DNA of 64,000 nt from a candidate division FCPU426 bacterium (GCA_963796105.1 CAWCKJ010000012.1:224001-288000); one strand, 5' to 3'. Counted from the first letter of the stretch, positions 7,869 through 18,424 are shown. The notes: a model not told the origin generated them from the letters alone. Translations and numbers: made by a program.

Positions 7869-9310
7869 TTCTTTCCGCCCAGCGAATCCATCAATTCCTT
7901 CTTCAACTTTTCCCGAATCTCAGTCGTTTCCTTTTCGATCTTCTGATACTCCGCCAGAAGTTCCTCAGGGTCGCGGTGCTTTGCGGCTTCCACGTTCGGG
8001 TTCTTGATATCCAGGTTGTAATTGCTTTCCTTGATCGCCTTGATGTCCACCTTCCAGGCGAACTCGCTTTCCTTGCGCTTGTTCCACCATTTGATTTCCG
8101 GCGCGAATTCCTCGAAAGAGATGGGCCGGCCCTTGTTATAGGAAACCGCCCCTTCCGGGTAAGGGTGCTCGTAATACCAGGTGGACTTAGTTGGCACGCC
8201 TTTGGTGAAGAACAAAAGGTTGGTGTTAATGCTGGTATAGGGATTAAAAACCCCCTTGGGCAAGCGCACGATGGTGTGAAGGTTGCATTCGGTGAGGAAC
8301 ATTTCCTTAATGCGGGTTTTCACACCCTCGCCGAAAAGGGTGCCATCCGGCAGGACGATGGCCCCCCGGCCCCCGTTCTTGAGCAGGGTCACGATGAGCA
8401 CCAGGAAAAGGTCCGCAGTTTCCTTGGTACGGTAGGTGCCCGGAAAGTTCAGTTCCACACCATCCTCTTCCATGCCCCCAAAGGGCGGATTGGTGACGAT
8501 AACGTCCACCCTATCGGCGGGGCCGTAATTCACTAAGGGCCTTGCCAAGGTGTTATCCCGCTTGATATTGGAAGGCACCTCGATACCGTGGAGGAGCATG
8601 TTGGTGACACAAAGAAGATGGGGCATCTGTTTCTTCTCGACCCCGTTGACCGATTCCTGAAGCTTCCTCTCGTTCCTGACGTTCTTCACGTACTTGGACC
8701 TGACGTGCTCGATGGTATTGGCCAGGAACCCGCCGGTGCCGCAGGCCGGGTCCAGGACCTTCTCGCCCAATTGGGGGTCCACCCGATCCACCATGAAGCG
8801 GGTGACGGCCCGGGGGGTGTAGTATTCCCCGGCGTTCCCCGCGCTTTGGAGATCCTTGAGGATCTGCTCGTATATATCCCCGAATAGGTGACGGTCCTCG
8901 GTGGAATTAAAATCGATCTCGTTGATCTTGTTGACCACCTGGCGCAGGAGGGTGCCGTTCTTCATATAGTTGTAGGAATCCTCGAACACCGTCCGCACCA
9001 CCTGGCCCCGGGGGTTGCTGGGGCCGGCCTGGATGGCCTTGAGCGCCCGGAAGAGGTCGTTATTGATGAAGTCCAGCAATTCCTCGCCCGTGATACCCTC
9101 GGGGTTGGCCGCCCATTCCCTCCACCTGAACCGCTTGGGGATGGGGGACCTGAACCCGTCCTGGGTGGCCTCCAGTTCCTTTTCCTGGTCGTCGAAGATC
9201 TTCAAGAACAGCATCCACCCCAGTTGGCTGAGGCGCTGGGCGTCCCCATCCACCCCGGCGTCCTTGCGCATGATGTCCTGGATGGCTTTGATGGCGGTCG
9301 TGACGGTCAT
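7865..9310 (-). CDS. hsdM: Type I R-M methyltransferase HsdM (m6A)
   Basis: IQDIMRKDAGVDGDAQR, GEYYTPR, DPACGTGGFL and NPPF motifs; stop overlaps the hsdS start. Confidence 0.96.
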   Translation of the reverse strand: MTVTTAIKAIQDIMRKDAGVDGDAQRLSQLGWMLFLKIFDDQEKELEATQDGFRSPIPKRFRWREWAANPEGITGEELLDFINNDLFRALKAIQAGPSNPRGQVVRTVFEDSYNYMKNGTLLRQVVNKINEIDFNSTEDRHLFGDIYEQILKDLQSAGNAGEYYTPRAVTRFMVDRVDPQLGEKVLDPACGTGGFLANTIEHVRSKYVKNVRNERKLQESVNGVEKKQMPHLLCVTNMLLHGIEVPSNIKRDNTLARPLVNYGPADRVDVIVTNPPFGGMEEDGVELNFPGTYRTKETADLFLVLIVTLLKNGGRGAIVLPDGTLFGEGVKTRIKEMFLTECNLHTIVRLPKGVFNPYTSINTNLLFFTKGVPTKSTWYYEHPYPEGAVSYNKGRPISFEEFAPEIKWWNKRKESEFAWKVDIKAIKESNYNLDIKNPNVEAAKHRDPEELLAEYQKIEKETTEIREKLKKELMDSLGGKK

Positions 9311-9393
9311 TCAAACAGCTCCTTGCGCTAAAATTGCACTTCGTTATGCTTCCCTGGTTCGAGAGCCTCACCATAGGCTACTCAGGGCCGGCC

Positions 9394-9662
9394 AACGGAA
9401 AGCCCGCACCGGATGGTGGAAACCTCGACCTCGGACGACGGAAAACCGACCACGTATGGCGGGAAACCCGTCAACGTACGGCGGAAAACCGACCACGTAC
9501 GGCGGGAACCCCGTCCACGTATGGCGGAAAACCGACCACGTACGGCGGAAAACCCGGCCATGTATGGCGGAAAACCGACCACGTACGGCGGGAACCCCGT
9601 CCACGTATGGCGGAAAACCGACCCCGGATGGCGGAAATCTCGACCCCGGACGACGGAAAACT
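9394..9662. repeat. Tandem array A, 13 units alternating strictly 21/22 bp (consensus ~GGCGGAAAACCGACCACGTAY)
   Basis: Unit starts 9394, 9415, 9437, 9458, 9480, 9501, 9523, 9544, 9566, 9587, 9609, 9630, 9652. Confidence 0.9.
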
Positions 9663-9680
9663 AGCTTCCGACCCTTTCGC

Positions 9681-9969
9681 CTACCGGCATGACCGGCACT
9701 CACTACCGGCATGGGCCTCCCACCTACCGGCATGAGAGGAAGTCCCTACCGGCATGATTGACCACTCCTACCGGCATGGGGCTTCCGCCTACCGGCATGA
9801 CGGACAGTCCCTACCGGCATGGGGCTTCCGCCTACCGGCATGACCGGCGATCCCTACCGGCATAGGCCTTCCACCTACCGGCATGACGGACAGTCCCTAC
9901 CGGCATGGGCCTTCCGCCTACCGGCATGACAGGCAGTCCCTACCGGCATCTGCGGGCAGGACTACCGGC
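9681..9969. repeat. Tandem array B, 14 copies of CTACCGGC(ATG) spaced 21-22 bp
   Basis: Core starts 9681, 9703, 9724, 9746, 9768, 9789, 9811, 9832, 9854, 9875, 9897, 9918, 9940, 9962. Confidence 0.92.
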
Positions 9970-9970
9970 C

Positions 9971-10021
9971 TATGTCCCTAGGCGACGGCTCTATGTCCCT
10001 AGTAAAACCGCCCCATGTCCC
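9971..10021. repeat. Mini-array C, three YATGTCCC copies spaced 21 and 22 bp
   Basis: Starts 9971, 9992, 10014. Confidence 0.65.
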
Positions 10022-10187
10022 AGGTTCCCGGGTTCTCGGGTTCCCTACCAAGACTTTATCCCCAGCAAAACCACCCATAAACTGGGGTTGCTTCACATCA
10101 AAAATTCGATGTTCGCAATGACGACAATACAAGAATACGGCTTCCTACAACAGCAGCGGAACCTATCGGCACCGTTCCAATTAATGG

Positions 10188-12530
10188 TTAGGCCGCCCCG
10201 TAAAGGTACTGCTCCATCTCCTTGATGGCGGCTAGGTACTTCTCCTTGCCCCCAAATTTACCCAATATTTCCAAGGGGGTCCCGAAATCAACCAAGGGTT
10301 TGACCCTCAAGACATTCAGATTCTCGATGTTTTCCAGCCCCTCGTCCGCGTATTTATCCAACAAGGCGTCCAGGACGGCCCGGACCTCCGCCCCATACTT
10401 GGCGAAGTAGTCCCTTTTCCTCACGTTCTCCGCCCTCTCCTTGCGGGTCAAGGGAGGCCGGTCAAAAGCCACGTGGCAGATGAGGTCGAAGGGGTCGAAC
10501 CCCTTCCCCACTTCCTCTTCCAGGGCCTCCAATAACAGCCCCCGGCTCCGTAGTTCCTCCAGGATGGCCTGCTTGCGGTCCACCCCCCGCCAGGCCTGGA
10601 GGAAGTTATCCAAGGAAGCATATTCGCCCAGGACGGACCGCCTGGTGTAATCCTTCAGGCTCTCGGTGATGAGTTTCCCGCCCTTGTCGTAATACTGGAC
10701 CCTTTCGGCCACCACGCTGACTTCAACGTCGTTCACCACGTATTTGATCCTCTTTTCCCTTTTGCCGTCGAAGCCCTCGGGATAAGTGTCGTCGCCCTTT
10801 TCCTGGGCGCCGCCGGGAACCGTGTCATCCGGCGGGACCGGGGACTCACCAGCCCCAGGCTCGTAAATGACCACAGGCTCGCCGTCGAAATCAGGGTCGG
10901 CGAATCGGTCCGTGGCCTTCTTGAAATCCATGATGGTGAAAAAAAGCTTGTCGTAGTCCTCCCGGATGCGGGAGCCCCGGCCGATGATCTGCTTGAACTT
11001 CACCATGGACTGGATGGTCTTGTCCAGGACGATCAGCTTGCAGGTTTGGGCATCCACGCCGGTCGTGAGGAGTTCCGAGGTGGTCACGACCACCGGGTAG
11101 CGGCTTTCGGGGTTGATGAAGTTGTCCAGCTCATCCTTGCCTTCCGGGTTGTCCCCCGTGACCCTCATGATGTATTTGCGGTTTTCCCCCGCCAGGTCGG
11201 CGTTCCCGTTCACCAGGGCCTGGCGCATGCGCTCGGCATGGTCGATATCCTCGCAAAAGACGATGGTCTTGTCGAACCGGTTCGTCTCCTTGAGGAATTG
11301 GGTTATTTTTTTCGCCACCAGCTCGTCCCGCTTCTCGAAAACGATGGTGCGGTTCATGTCCTTCTGGTTGTAAATCCTGTCCTCGATGAGGTTCCCATGT
11401 TTGTCCACTTTGCCCTTCTCAGGCCTGTATCCGCTGACGTCCTTATCGATGTCGATGCGCACCACCTTGTAGGGCGCCAAATAGCCGTCCTCGATCCCCT
11501 GTTTGAGGGAATAGGTGAAAACCGGCTCCCCGAAATAAGTGATGTTGGAGACATCCTTGGTTTCCTTGGGGGTGGCTGTCATGCCGATCTGGGTAGCGGT
11601 ATGGAAGTACTCCAGGATTTCCCGCCATTGGGCGTCTTCCGCCGCGCTTCCCCTGTGGCACTCATCCACCACCACTAGGTCAAAGAAATCCCGGCTGAAT
11701 TGCTTGTAGATGTCCTTATCTTCCTCGTTGCCCGACACCGCCTGGTAAAGGGAAAGGTAGATTTCATAGGCCTTGTCCACTTTCCGGTTCGTGATCTTGG
11801 TCATGGCGGAGGCGAAAGGCTTGAAGTCGTTGGTCTTGGTCTGGTCCACCAGGATGTTGCGGTCCGCCAGGAAGAGGATTCGTTTTTTCATGCCGGCTTT
11901 CCAAAGCCGCCAAATGACCTGGAAAGCCGTGTAGGTCTTGCCGGTGCCGGTGGCCATGACGAGCAAGATCCGGTTTTGGCCCTTGGCGATGGCCTCCAGG
12001 GTGCGGTTGATGGCGGTGAGCTGGTAATAGCGGGGTTCCTTCCCGCCGGGGTCCAGGTAATAGTCCTGGGAAACTACCTTTTCCTGTTTGTCCGAAAGGC
12101 CCCGCGCCTTGCAGTAGCGTTTCCATAGGACCGGGGGAGCGGGAAAAGAATCCAAGGCCGTTACTTCCTCGACCCTGCCTCCGGTAGCCTTGTTGTCGTG
12201 GATCAGGAAACCGTCCCCGTTGGAGCTGATGGCGAAAGGCACATCCAGCATCTCAGCGTAACTGAGGGCCTGCTGCATGCCGTCGCCGAGCTGGTGATTG
12301 TTATCCTTGGCTTCGACTACCGCGATGGGAAGGTTGGGTTTGTAATAAAGGACGTAATCGGCCCGCTTGTTTTTCTCGCGTGTCGCGGAGCGGCCCCGGA
12401 CGAGGACACGGCCCTTGGTGATGTTCACTTCCTCGCGGATTTGCGTTTCAATGTCCCATCCGGCTTTGGACAAGGCGGGGGTGATGAACTTGGTGCATAT
12501 ATCGCGTTCGCTCAGGGATTTCTTATCCAT
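10188..12530 (-). CDS. hsdR: Type I R-M restriction subunit HsdR (EcoAI/EcoEI-like)
   Basis: RADYVL..VVEAK nuclease motif, [22 protein letters not shown] and an EcoEI_R_C-like tail ([22 protein letters not shown]). Confidence 0.96.
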   Translation of the reverse strand: MDKKSLSERDICTKFITPALSKAGWDIETQIREEVNITKGRVLVRGRSATREKNKRADYVLYYKPNLPIAVVEAKDNNHQLGDGMQQALSYAEMLDVPFAISSNGDGFLIHDNKATGGRVEEVTALDSFPAPPVLWKRYCKARGLSDKQEKVVSQDYYLDPGGKEPRYYQLTAINRTLEAIAKGQNRILLVMATGTGKTYTAFQVIWRLWKAGMKKRILFLADRNILVDQTKTNDFKPFASAMTKITNRKVDKAYEIYLSLYQAVSGNEEDKDIYKQFSRDFFDLVVVDECHRGSAAEDAQWREILEYFHTATQIGMTATPKETKDVSNITYFGEPVFTYSLKQGIEDGYLAPYKVVRIDIDKDVSGYRPEKGKVDKHGNLIEDRIYNQKDMNRTIVFEKRDELVAKKITQFLKETNRFDKTIVFCEDIDHAERMRQALVNGNADLAGENRKYIMRVTGDNPEGKDELDNFINPESRYPVVVTTSELLTTGVDAQTCKLIVLDKTIQSMVKFKQIIGRGSRIREDYDKLFFTIMDFKKATDRFADPDFDGEPVVIYEPGAGESPVPPDDTVPGGAQEKGDDTYPEGFDGKREKRIKYVVNDVEVSVVAERVQYYDKGGKLITESLKDYTRRSVLGEYASLDNFLQAWRGVDRKQAILEELRSRGLLLEALEEEVGKGFDPFDLICHVAFDRPPLTRKERAENVRKRDYFAKYGAEVRAVLDALLDKYADEGLENIENLNVLRVKPLVDFGTPLEILGKFGGKEKYLAAIKEMEQYLYGAA

Positions 12531-12705
12531 AAAGATATTCTTTACCCTCTTGAGCCATAAATTTACGCCAAAACAATCCCGGGTATTTTACGCACTTTTG
12601 GGCATCCATCGGTAAAAACCGGCTTTTAATTCTTTAGCAGGCTGCTTTATTTTAGTTTTTCGGAGGTTTCAACTTGTTTAACTTCGATAAAACCGGAAAA
12701 TAATA

Positions 12706-12889
12706 GAGCCCCACGGGCGAAGCCCGTGGCATCAGTATTGACCCACCTTCGCTATCCCACTACGCCCTAAGGGCTTCGTGAGACAGGCAGCTTCGGTGGG
12801 TATCCGCCCATGTGCCTCGGCGACAATCCGCCGTAGCCTATTCCATTCACACACGGGCATAGCCCGTGGTACCCTGGCGAAGGCGGATA
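12706..12889. mobile_element. Non-coding palindromic element resembling IS200/IS605 ends or REP clusters
   Basis: Hairpins CCACGGGC-GAA-GCCCGTGG (12711) and CACGGGC-ATA-GCCCGTG (12852); nested ACGCCC-TAA-GGGCTTCG; ATCCGCCGTAGCC...GGCGAAGGCGGAT arms. Confidence 0.55.
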
Positions 12890-12935
12890 GTCATTCCGGC
12901 TCATCCCCGGGAAGCGTTGATCCCGAAAGGCGGAC

Positions 12936-14627
12936 ATGGACACCACACTCGTATTCAATAATTGGCTTCGAGGCGTCAAGGACAAGAAAAATAACGAAAT
13001 CGCGAAGGTCCTGGACGTCGAATACGCGCATCTCACGCTTGAGACGGGCGACCTCTATGTCACCGCCGACGGCCTTCCCCTTCTCCGTCTGTTGGACCCC
13101 TCCAATTACTGGCTGGACAAGGATTGGTTTGAGGGCCATTCCACTCGCTTAACCGGCACCAGTTCCATCTACAAGATCAAGACCAAGGAGTCCGGGGGAA
13201 AATCCCGGGACATCGTGATGAAATGGAACCGCATGGGGCAGGACATCCCCGGCGCGGAGGAACTCGATATCCTGGAGGGCGCGGAGTTCAATAGCCCCTT
13301 CGAGGAGTTCTCGCTTCTCATGGAGCTGAGGCGCAAATTGTACGGTTCCGGACGGCGCGTCGTGGTCCAGAAGCCCCTGGCCATCTTCGTGGCCTCCGGG
13401 TCCGTCGACCTGTGGCAAAGCGGGCGCAAGGAATACAAGATGCAGTCCAAGCTGCGCTCCCACAGCGAGGTGGCCCTCGACATGCACCGGCTTTACGCGG
13501 TGGTGTACGAATGGATCAAGGGCATCGACGCGCACCAGGCCTTCTCGGCCGGCATCATCAGCCGTGAGAACATGAAGGGCCTGGCCCTGGACGCCCAGCA
13601 GGTGATGGCGAACGCCGGCTTCAAGGTCCGGGACAATAAGCCGGACCACGTCATCGTCCGTCCGAAGAAGGACCACAGCCTTTCGCACAACCGGCGGGGA
13701 GAAACCGTCTACGCCCTTTTGGATTTCGAGCTGTTGGAACGCACCCTCAGCCGCGAGGAGCAGGTCCGCAGGGAGAAACGGCAGGAATACCTTAAACGCC
13801 AGCGCGACCGCTTCAACGCGCCCGCGTTGGAGGGTCCCTACCCCCACCTGCATCCGGTGAACCACCTGGGCGTCGACTATATCTATGGCCGCGTGGAAAG
13901 CGTGAAGGGGCGGCTCTGGGTGGTGGGCAAGGACCCGGTCCTTTACGACTATTTCCTGCCGGAGCGCTGGCGGCACTTCCCCAAGACCAGGATTTCCGTC
14001 TACGGCGAAATGTACCACACCATCACCAAGGACGGCATCCACCTGGTGCTCCAGGCCTCCCGGGTGGGGCACCAGCCGGACATGGACCCGTTCCGGGAGG
14101 ACGAGCAGAAGATCCTGGCCCACGGGTACAACAGCCCCTTCGAGGTGGTTTCCCTGGCCGTGGAACTGGCCCAGCGCGGCGTGGCCTGCATCTACCCCCG
14201 GGCCATATACATGTCCGAGACCGAGGCCGTCATCTCAAGCGCCGTGTTCGACGGGTCGCGCTACCGCACGCACGAGGGCATCACCACGCCGGACGGCGAG
14301 CCCGTCCTCAAGCCCAACCATGACTACATCGTCATCTGGGGTTATTGGAACGGGCCCGACGAGAAGCTGGCGGACAGGGACGGGGACTATTACGAGGGCA
14401 TCCACGCCTTGCGGGCGTACAAGGAGAACCTCATTGACAAGGATCTTTATTTCACGCTCCTGCGCAGGGCCAAGGAGAAGCTGGCCGCCGTGGGGGTGGA
14501 GGACCTGAACCTGAGGGGGAACCATGTCATGGTCTCGAAGGACAGCCGGGGCCGCCTGGTCCTGGACGACCAGGGTTTCCCCGAACTCCGGTTGAGCAGC
14601 TTCGATTTCCTGAAGAGGAAGGCGTAG
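12936..14627 (+). CDS. Hypothetical protein with two tandem protein-kinase-like halves
   Basis: Internal duplication FNSPFEEF / YNSPFEVV and KPLAIFV / YPRAIYM; first half has IVMK, RDNKPDHVI and LLDFE. Confidence 0.6.
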   Translation: MDTTLVFNNWLRGVKDKKNNEIAKVLDVEYAHLTLETGDLYVTADGLPLLRLLDPSNYWLDKDWFEGHSTRLTGTSSIYKIKTKESGGKSRDIVMKWNRMGQDIPGAEELDILEGAEFNSPFEEFSLLMELRRKLYGSGRRVVVQKPLAIFVASGSVDLWQSGRKEYKMQSKLRSHSEVALDMHRLYAVVYEWIKGIDAHQAFSAGIISRENMKGLALDAQQVMANAGFKVRDNKPDHVIVRPKKDHSLSHNRRGETVYALLDFELLERTLSREEQVRREKRQEYLKRQRDRFNAPALEGPYPHLHPVNHLGVDYIYGRVESVKGRLWVVGKDPVLYDYFLPERWRHFPKTRISVYGEMYHTITKDGIHLVLQASRVGHQPDMDPFREDEQKILAHGYNSPFEVVSLAVELAQRGVACIYPRAIYMSETEAVISSAVFDGSRYRTHEGITTPDGEPVLKPNHDYIVIWGYWNGPDEKLADRDGDYYEGIHALRAYKENLIDKDLYFTLLRRAKEKLAAVGVEDLNLRGNHVMVSKDSRGRLVLDDQGFPELRLSSFDFLKRKA

Positions 14628-14775
14628 GAAGACGGCCGGTTCCTCCATTCCCTCGGGGTGTTCCTGCCTTTGGGGCCCCGGAAACGACTTTTTTCAAGTT
14701 GTTAATCCTATTTTCCGTTGTTACACTCCACAACCAACCCAGAGGCTCTCCAGCCTCTAAGCGCGGAGGAGAACG

Positions 14776-16557
14776 ATGACGAACAACCAGAAATTGCTGG
14801 CGTGGGTGGAGGAAGTCAAGGCCCTGTGCAAACCCGACCGCGTGGAGTGGGCGAATGGATCCCGCGAGGAGTACGACCGCCTGATGAGGGATATGGTGGC
14901 CTCCGGCACAGCCACCCCCTTGAGCCCCCGAAAGCGCCCCAACAGCTTCCTGTTCCGGTCCGACCCCTCCGACGTAGCCCGCGTTGAGAGCCGCACCTAC
15001 ATCGCCTCCGTCCGGCAGGAGGACGCCGGGCCCACCAACAACTGGGTCGACCCCGTCGAGCTCAAGAAGACCATGCGGCCCCTCTACGAAGGCTGCATGA
15101 GGGGCCGGACCATGTATGTCATACCCTTCTCCATGGGTCCCATCGGTTCCCCGATCGCCAAAATCGGGGTGGAGATCACCGACTCGCCTTACGTTGTGGT
15201 GAACATGCGCGTCATGACGCGCGTGGGCGACAAGGTATTGGAAGTGCTGGGCGAAGACGGAGAGTTCGTCCCGTGCCTTCATTCCATCGGGTACCCCCTG
15301 TCCCCCGGGCAAGAGGACAAGACATGGCCTTGCGCGCCCCTGGAGCAGAAATACATCGCGCATTTCCCCGAGGAGAACCTCATCTGGTCCTACGGTTCCG
15401 GATACGGCGGCAACGCCCTCCTGGGCAAGAAATGCCTGGCCCTGCGCATCGCGTCGGTCCTGGCCCGGCGGGAGGGATGGCTGGCAGAGCACATGCTCAT
15501 CCTTCGCCTGACCAACCCGCAAGGGAGGCGTTTCCATATCGCCGCGGCTTTCCCCTCCGCCTGCGGAAAGACCAACCTGGCCATGCTGGTCCCCACCATC
15601 CCCGGGTGGAAATGCGAGTGCGTCGGCGACGACATCGCGTGGATGAAGATCGGCTCCGACGGAAAACTGCGCGCCATCAATCCCGAGGCCGGCTTCTTCG
15701 GCGTGGCGCCCGGCACCTCGATGAGATCAAATTCCATGGCCATGCGCACCGTGGAGAAAAACACCATCTTCACCAACTGCGCCCTGACCGACGACGGGGA
15801 CATCTGGTGGGAGGGCCTGGACGTGCCCTGCGAGCACGCCATCGACTGGAAGGGCCGGGAATGGACGCCTGCCTCCCCGGAAACGGCCGCCCACGCCAAC
15901 GCCCGCTTCACCACGCCGGCCGCGCAATGCCCTGTCATCTGCCCCGATTGGGAGGACCCGGCGGGCGTCCCCATCGACATCTTCATCTTCGGCGGCCGCC
16001 GCTCGACCACGGTTCCCCTCGTGCACCAGGCGTTCGATTTCGAGCACGGCGTGTACTTGGGCGCGACCGCGGCGTCCGAGACCACCGCGGCGGCCCTGGA
16101 TGTGGGGCAGAAACTGCGCCGGGACCCCTTCGCCATGACGCCTTTCATCGGATACCACGCGGGCGACTACATCCAGCATTGGTTCAACATGGGGGAGCGC
16201 CTGGGGGACAAGGCCCCTGCCGTCTTCTACGTGAACTGGTTCCGGAAGAACCGGGAAGGCCGGTGGCTGTGGCCCGGTTACGGCGAGAACAGCCGCGTTT
16301 TGAAATGGATGTGCGAGCGCGTGGAGGGAAAGATCGGCGCGGTGAAGACACCCATCGGTTATATGCCCCAGGAAGGCGACCTGGACCTGAAGGGCCTCAA
16401 CATCACCCGGGGCGATTACGAGGAGCTGATGCACGTGAGCGGCGAAGCAATCCAAGCGGACCTGAAGGACGCGGAGTCGTACTTTTCCCAGTTCAAGGAC
16501 CGTATGCCCGAGAAATTGAAGCAACAGTTGTCGGCGGCCAGGAAGCGGATGGAATAA
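14776..16557 (+). CDS. pckG: Phosphoenolpyruvate carboxykinase (GTP)
   Basis: [50 protein letters not shown] and [11 protein letters not shown]. Confidence 0.97.
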   Translation: MTNNQKLLAWVEEVKALCKPDRVEWANGSREEYDRLMRDMVASGTATPLSPRKRPNSFLFRSDPSDVARVESRTYIASVRQEDAGPTNNWVDPVELKKTMRPLYEGCMRGRTMYVIPFSMGPIGSPIAKIGVEITDSPYVVVNMRVMTRVGDKVLEVLGEDGEFVPCLHSIGYPLSPGQEDKTWPCAPLEQKYIAHFPEENLIWSYGSGYGGNALLGKKCLALRIASVLARREGWLAEHMLILRLTNPQGRRFHIAAAFPSACGKTNLAMLVPTIPGWKCECVGDDIAWMKIGSDGKLRAINPEAGFFGVAPGTSMRSNSMAMRTVEKNTIFTNCALTDDGDIWWEGLDVPCEHAIDWKGREWTPASPETAAHANARFTTPAAQCPVICPDWEDPAGVPIDIFIFGGRRSTTVPLVHQAFDFEHGVYLGATAASETTAAALDVGQKLRRDPFAMTPFIGYHAGDYIQHWFNMGERLGDKAPAVFYVNWFRKNREGRWLWPGYGENSRVLKWMCERVEGKIGAVKTPIGYMPQEGDLDLKGLNITRGDYEELMHVSGEAIQADLKDAESYFSQFKDRMPEKLKQQLSAARKRME

Positions 16558-16609
16558 GGGTTATTTCGTCCCCGCGTAGTCCGGGACTTTTACACCTCTA
16601 ACTTAACCA

Positions 16610-16649
16610 GGGCTCTTTGCGGTTAAATACCGCGGGGAGTCCTTTTTTT
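16610..16649 (+). terminator. Rho-independent terminator after pckG
   Basis: GGGCTCTTTGCGGT...ACCGCGGGGAGTCC stem followed by a T run. Confidence 0.75.
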
Positions 16650-16835
16650 GTCGATATTGGCAATTCTTAAACAAAGGGGTCAGTGGTCTTGCCGGTGAGT
16701 GGTTCGGTAAACCCACCATGCGCCCAAAATAATTCATTTTGGCCCATCAAGAAGACATGACTAAAACTTGGCACTTTGCGGATTTTCTAATGCATTTGTG
16801 ATGCGGCCACGCATGGCGGCCGCACGAATAAGCCG

Positions 16836-17789
16836 TCAGACCCCTATAGGCGTATCGGCTTGGGATTGGGCCGCGGGAGTCTTCAGGATCAGGTCCAATA
16901 TCCATATGAACGACTGGATATCGATATTGTCCTTGGGGTTCCAATCCGCCAATTTCTCCTTGCAGTCCCTGGCCATGGCCAGTAGGGCCTCATAGGTGGC
17001 CCAATTGGGGATAACCTCGTATTTCAATTCGTACCCGAACATTTCCGCGAATTTCCTGGTGACGAGGGGTTTCAGGAAAAAATGCCTCGAAGGCTGGGCA
17101 AAGTAGGGCAACAGGGTCGCGTTGGTCCATTTGGCGAATCCCGCGACCGTCATGACTTTGACCGCCTCAAAATAAGGGACCATGGTTTCGGCCCTCACTT
17201 CCGGGTCCTCCAGGAGATTGGTCAGGAGCGTGAAATATTGGAGGGTGAGTTCCGGGGCCTTCAAGACTTCCTTGAAGCAAAGAATCTCCTGGTGGAACGC
17301 GAGGTCTTGTTCGTCGAGTATTTTCCCTGTTTTCTCGGCCAAGCCGGCCGCATCCTTGTTTTCCAACATTTGGCGCAACTGGCCGTTTCCGAAGAGTTCC
17401 TGGTACAAGTTGGTGGTTTGAAGCTTATAAAATCTCTCCCCTTTTTTCAGGTCGCCGATATATTGGGGATCATCGAATTTTCCAGGGTATTTCGTGAGAA
17501 ACAGTTCCTTCGCCTGCTCAAAGCTGACGGCGGGTACCAACCGCTCCCTGGTCTTTTTCGCCCTGGGCTTGGCGCCTACCTTCATCCTGTCCAGAACAAT
17601 ATCCGATTGGTTCTCGGCGAGAACCAGCAGGTTCTCACCGGCGGAGTATTTGAGAAGGTCCAATCCCGGCTTGTTCTTGAACCGGATGTAAACATATTTC
17701 CCATCCACTTTCATGATCTTGCCCGGTCCCCACTCGGGTTTCAGGGAAAGATTGACCAATTTGCCCTCATCCGCCTTGACGATGACCAT
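16836..17789 (-). CDS. Hypothetical protein with DUF3553-like N-terminal domain
   Basis: KPEWGPGKIMKVDG N-terminal motif; helical C-terminal part ending DNIDIQSFIW. Confidence 0.6.
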   Translation of the reverse strand: MVIVKADEGKLVNLSLKPEWGPGKIMKVDGKYVYIRFKNKPGLDLLKYSAGENLLVLAENQSDIVLDRMKVGAKPRAKKTRERLVPAVSFEQAKELFLTKYPGKFDDPQYIGDLKKGERFYKLQTTNLYQELFGNGQLRQMLENKDAAGLAEKTGKILDEQDLAFHQEILCFKEVLKAPELTLQYFTLLTNLLEDPEVRAETMVPYFEAVKVMTVAGFAKWTNATLLPYFAQPSRHFFLKPLVTRKFAEMFGYELKYEVIPNWATYEALLAMARDCKEKLADWNPKDNIDIQSFIWILDLILKTPAAQSQADTPIGV

Positions 17790-17980
17790 ATTTACCTCGA
17801 TTAGTTCATTTATTAATTATTGACCAATTTTATAGCGCAAAAAAGTGGGTTTGGCCATGACCCCCAGCATACAAAATAAGGGCCTTAATAAATGAAAAAT
17901 GGATAATGATAAATTAACGGGATTTACACTGCCCGGGAATCAAGCTGGAATTTTAAACCAAACGCAAAAATCGGTCGGGT

Positions 17981-18424
17981 TTACTGCTTCATCACTTCCA
18001 CGGGAAGCGAAGCCGTGACCTCGTGGTGCAGTTTGATGGTCACGTTGTGGTGGCCGACGAGGCGGATGTGGTCGTCCATGACCACCTGCTTCTTCTCGAT
18101 CTCGATCCCCTTTTCCTTCAGGGCCTCGACGATCTCGGCTGAGGTGATGGACCCAAAAAGCCTTCCCTCATCCCCGGCCTTGTGCCGAAGGGTGATGGTG
18201 TAGCCCTTGATTTTGTCCGCCAAGACCTGTGCCGTTTCCTTTTCCTTGGCTTTGCGGCGTTCCTGGGCCTTTTTCTCTTCCTCGATTTGCTTCATGGCCC
18301 CGCCTGAGGCCTCGACCGCCAAGCCGTTGGGGATTAGATAGTTCCGGGCGTAACCTTCCTTCGCCTCGATGATTTCGCCTTTTTTCCCGATTTTCGGCAC
18401 ATCCTTGATCAATAGTAATTTCAT
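17981..18424 (-). CDS. rplI: 50S ribosomal protein L9
   Basis: MKLLLIKDVPKIGKKGE..GYARNYLIP and GRLFGSIT; true start 18424. Confidence 0.97.
   Translation of the reverse strand: MKLLLIKDVPKIGKKGEIIEAKEGYARNYLIPNGLAVEASGGAMKQIEEEKKAQERRKAKEKETAQVLADKIKGYTITLRHKAGDEGRLFGSITSAEIVEALKEKGIEIEKKQVVMDDHIRLVGHHNVTIKLHHEVTASLPVEVMKQ

Noticed and set aside
9394..10021. CRISPR or TIGR-like guide array
   Set aside because: Cores are only ~8-11 bp, the intervening segments recur (e.g. ACGGACAGTCC, GGGCTTCCGC) instead of being unique spacers, and no cas or tas gene is nearby.
10135..10193. Possible integron attC site (GCCTAAC overlapping the hsdR stop)
   Set aside because: No matching GTTRRRY box or convincing L boxes at a suitable distance, and no intI in the window.
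9015..10225. ORFs across the repeat arrays (9015-9692, 9334-9735, 9368-9733, 9413-9664, 9905-10225)
   Set aside because: They are open in many frames only because the repeats lack stops; the 43-bp period rotates the same peptides through the frames.
16695..16722. Degenerate REP-like hairpin (GGTGAGTGGTTCGGTAAACCCACC)
   Set aside because: Single weak copy; cannot be supported from this window.
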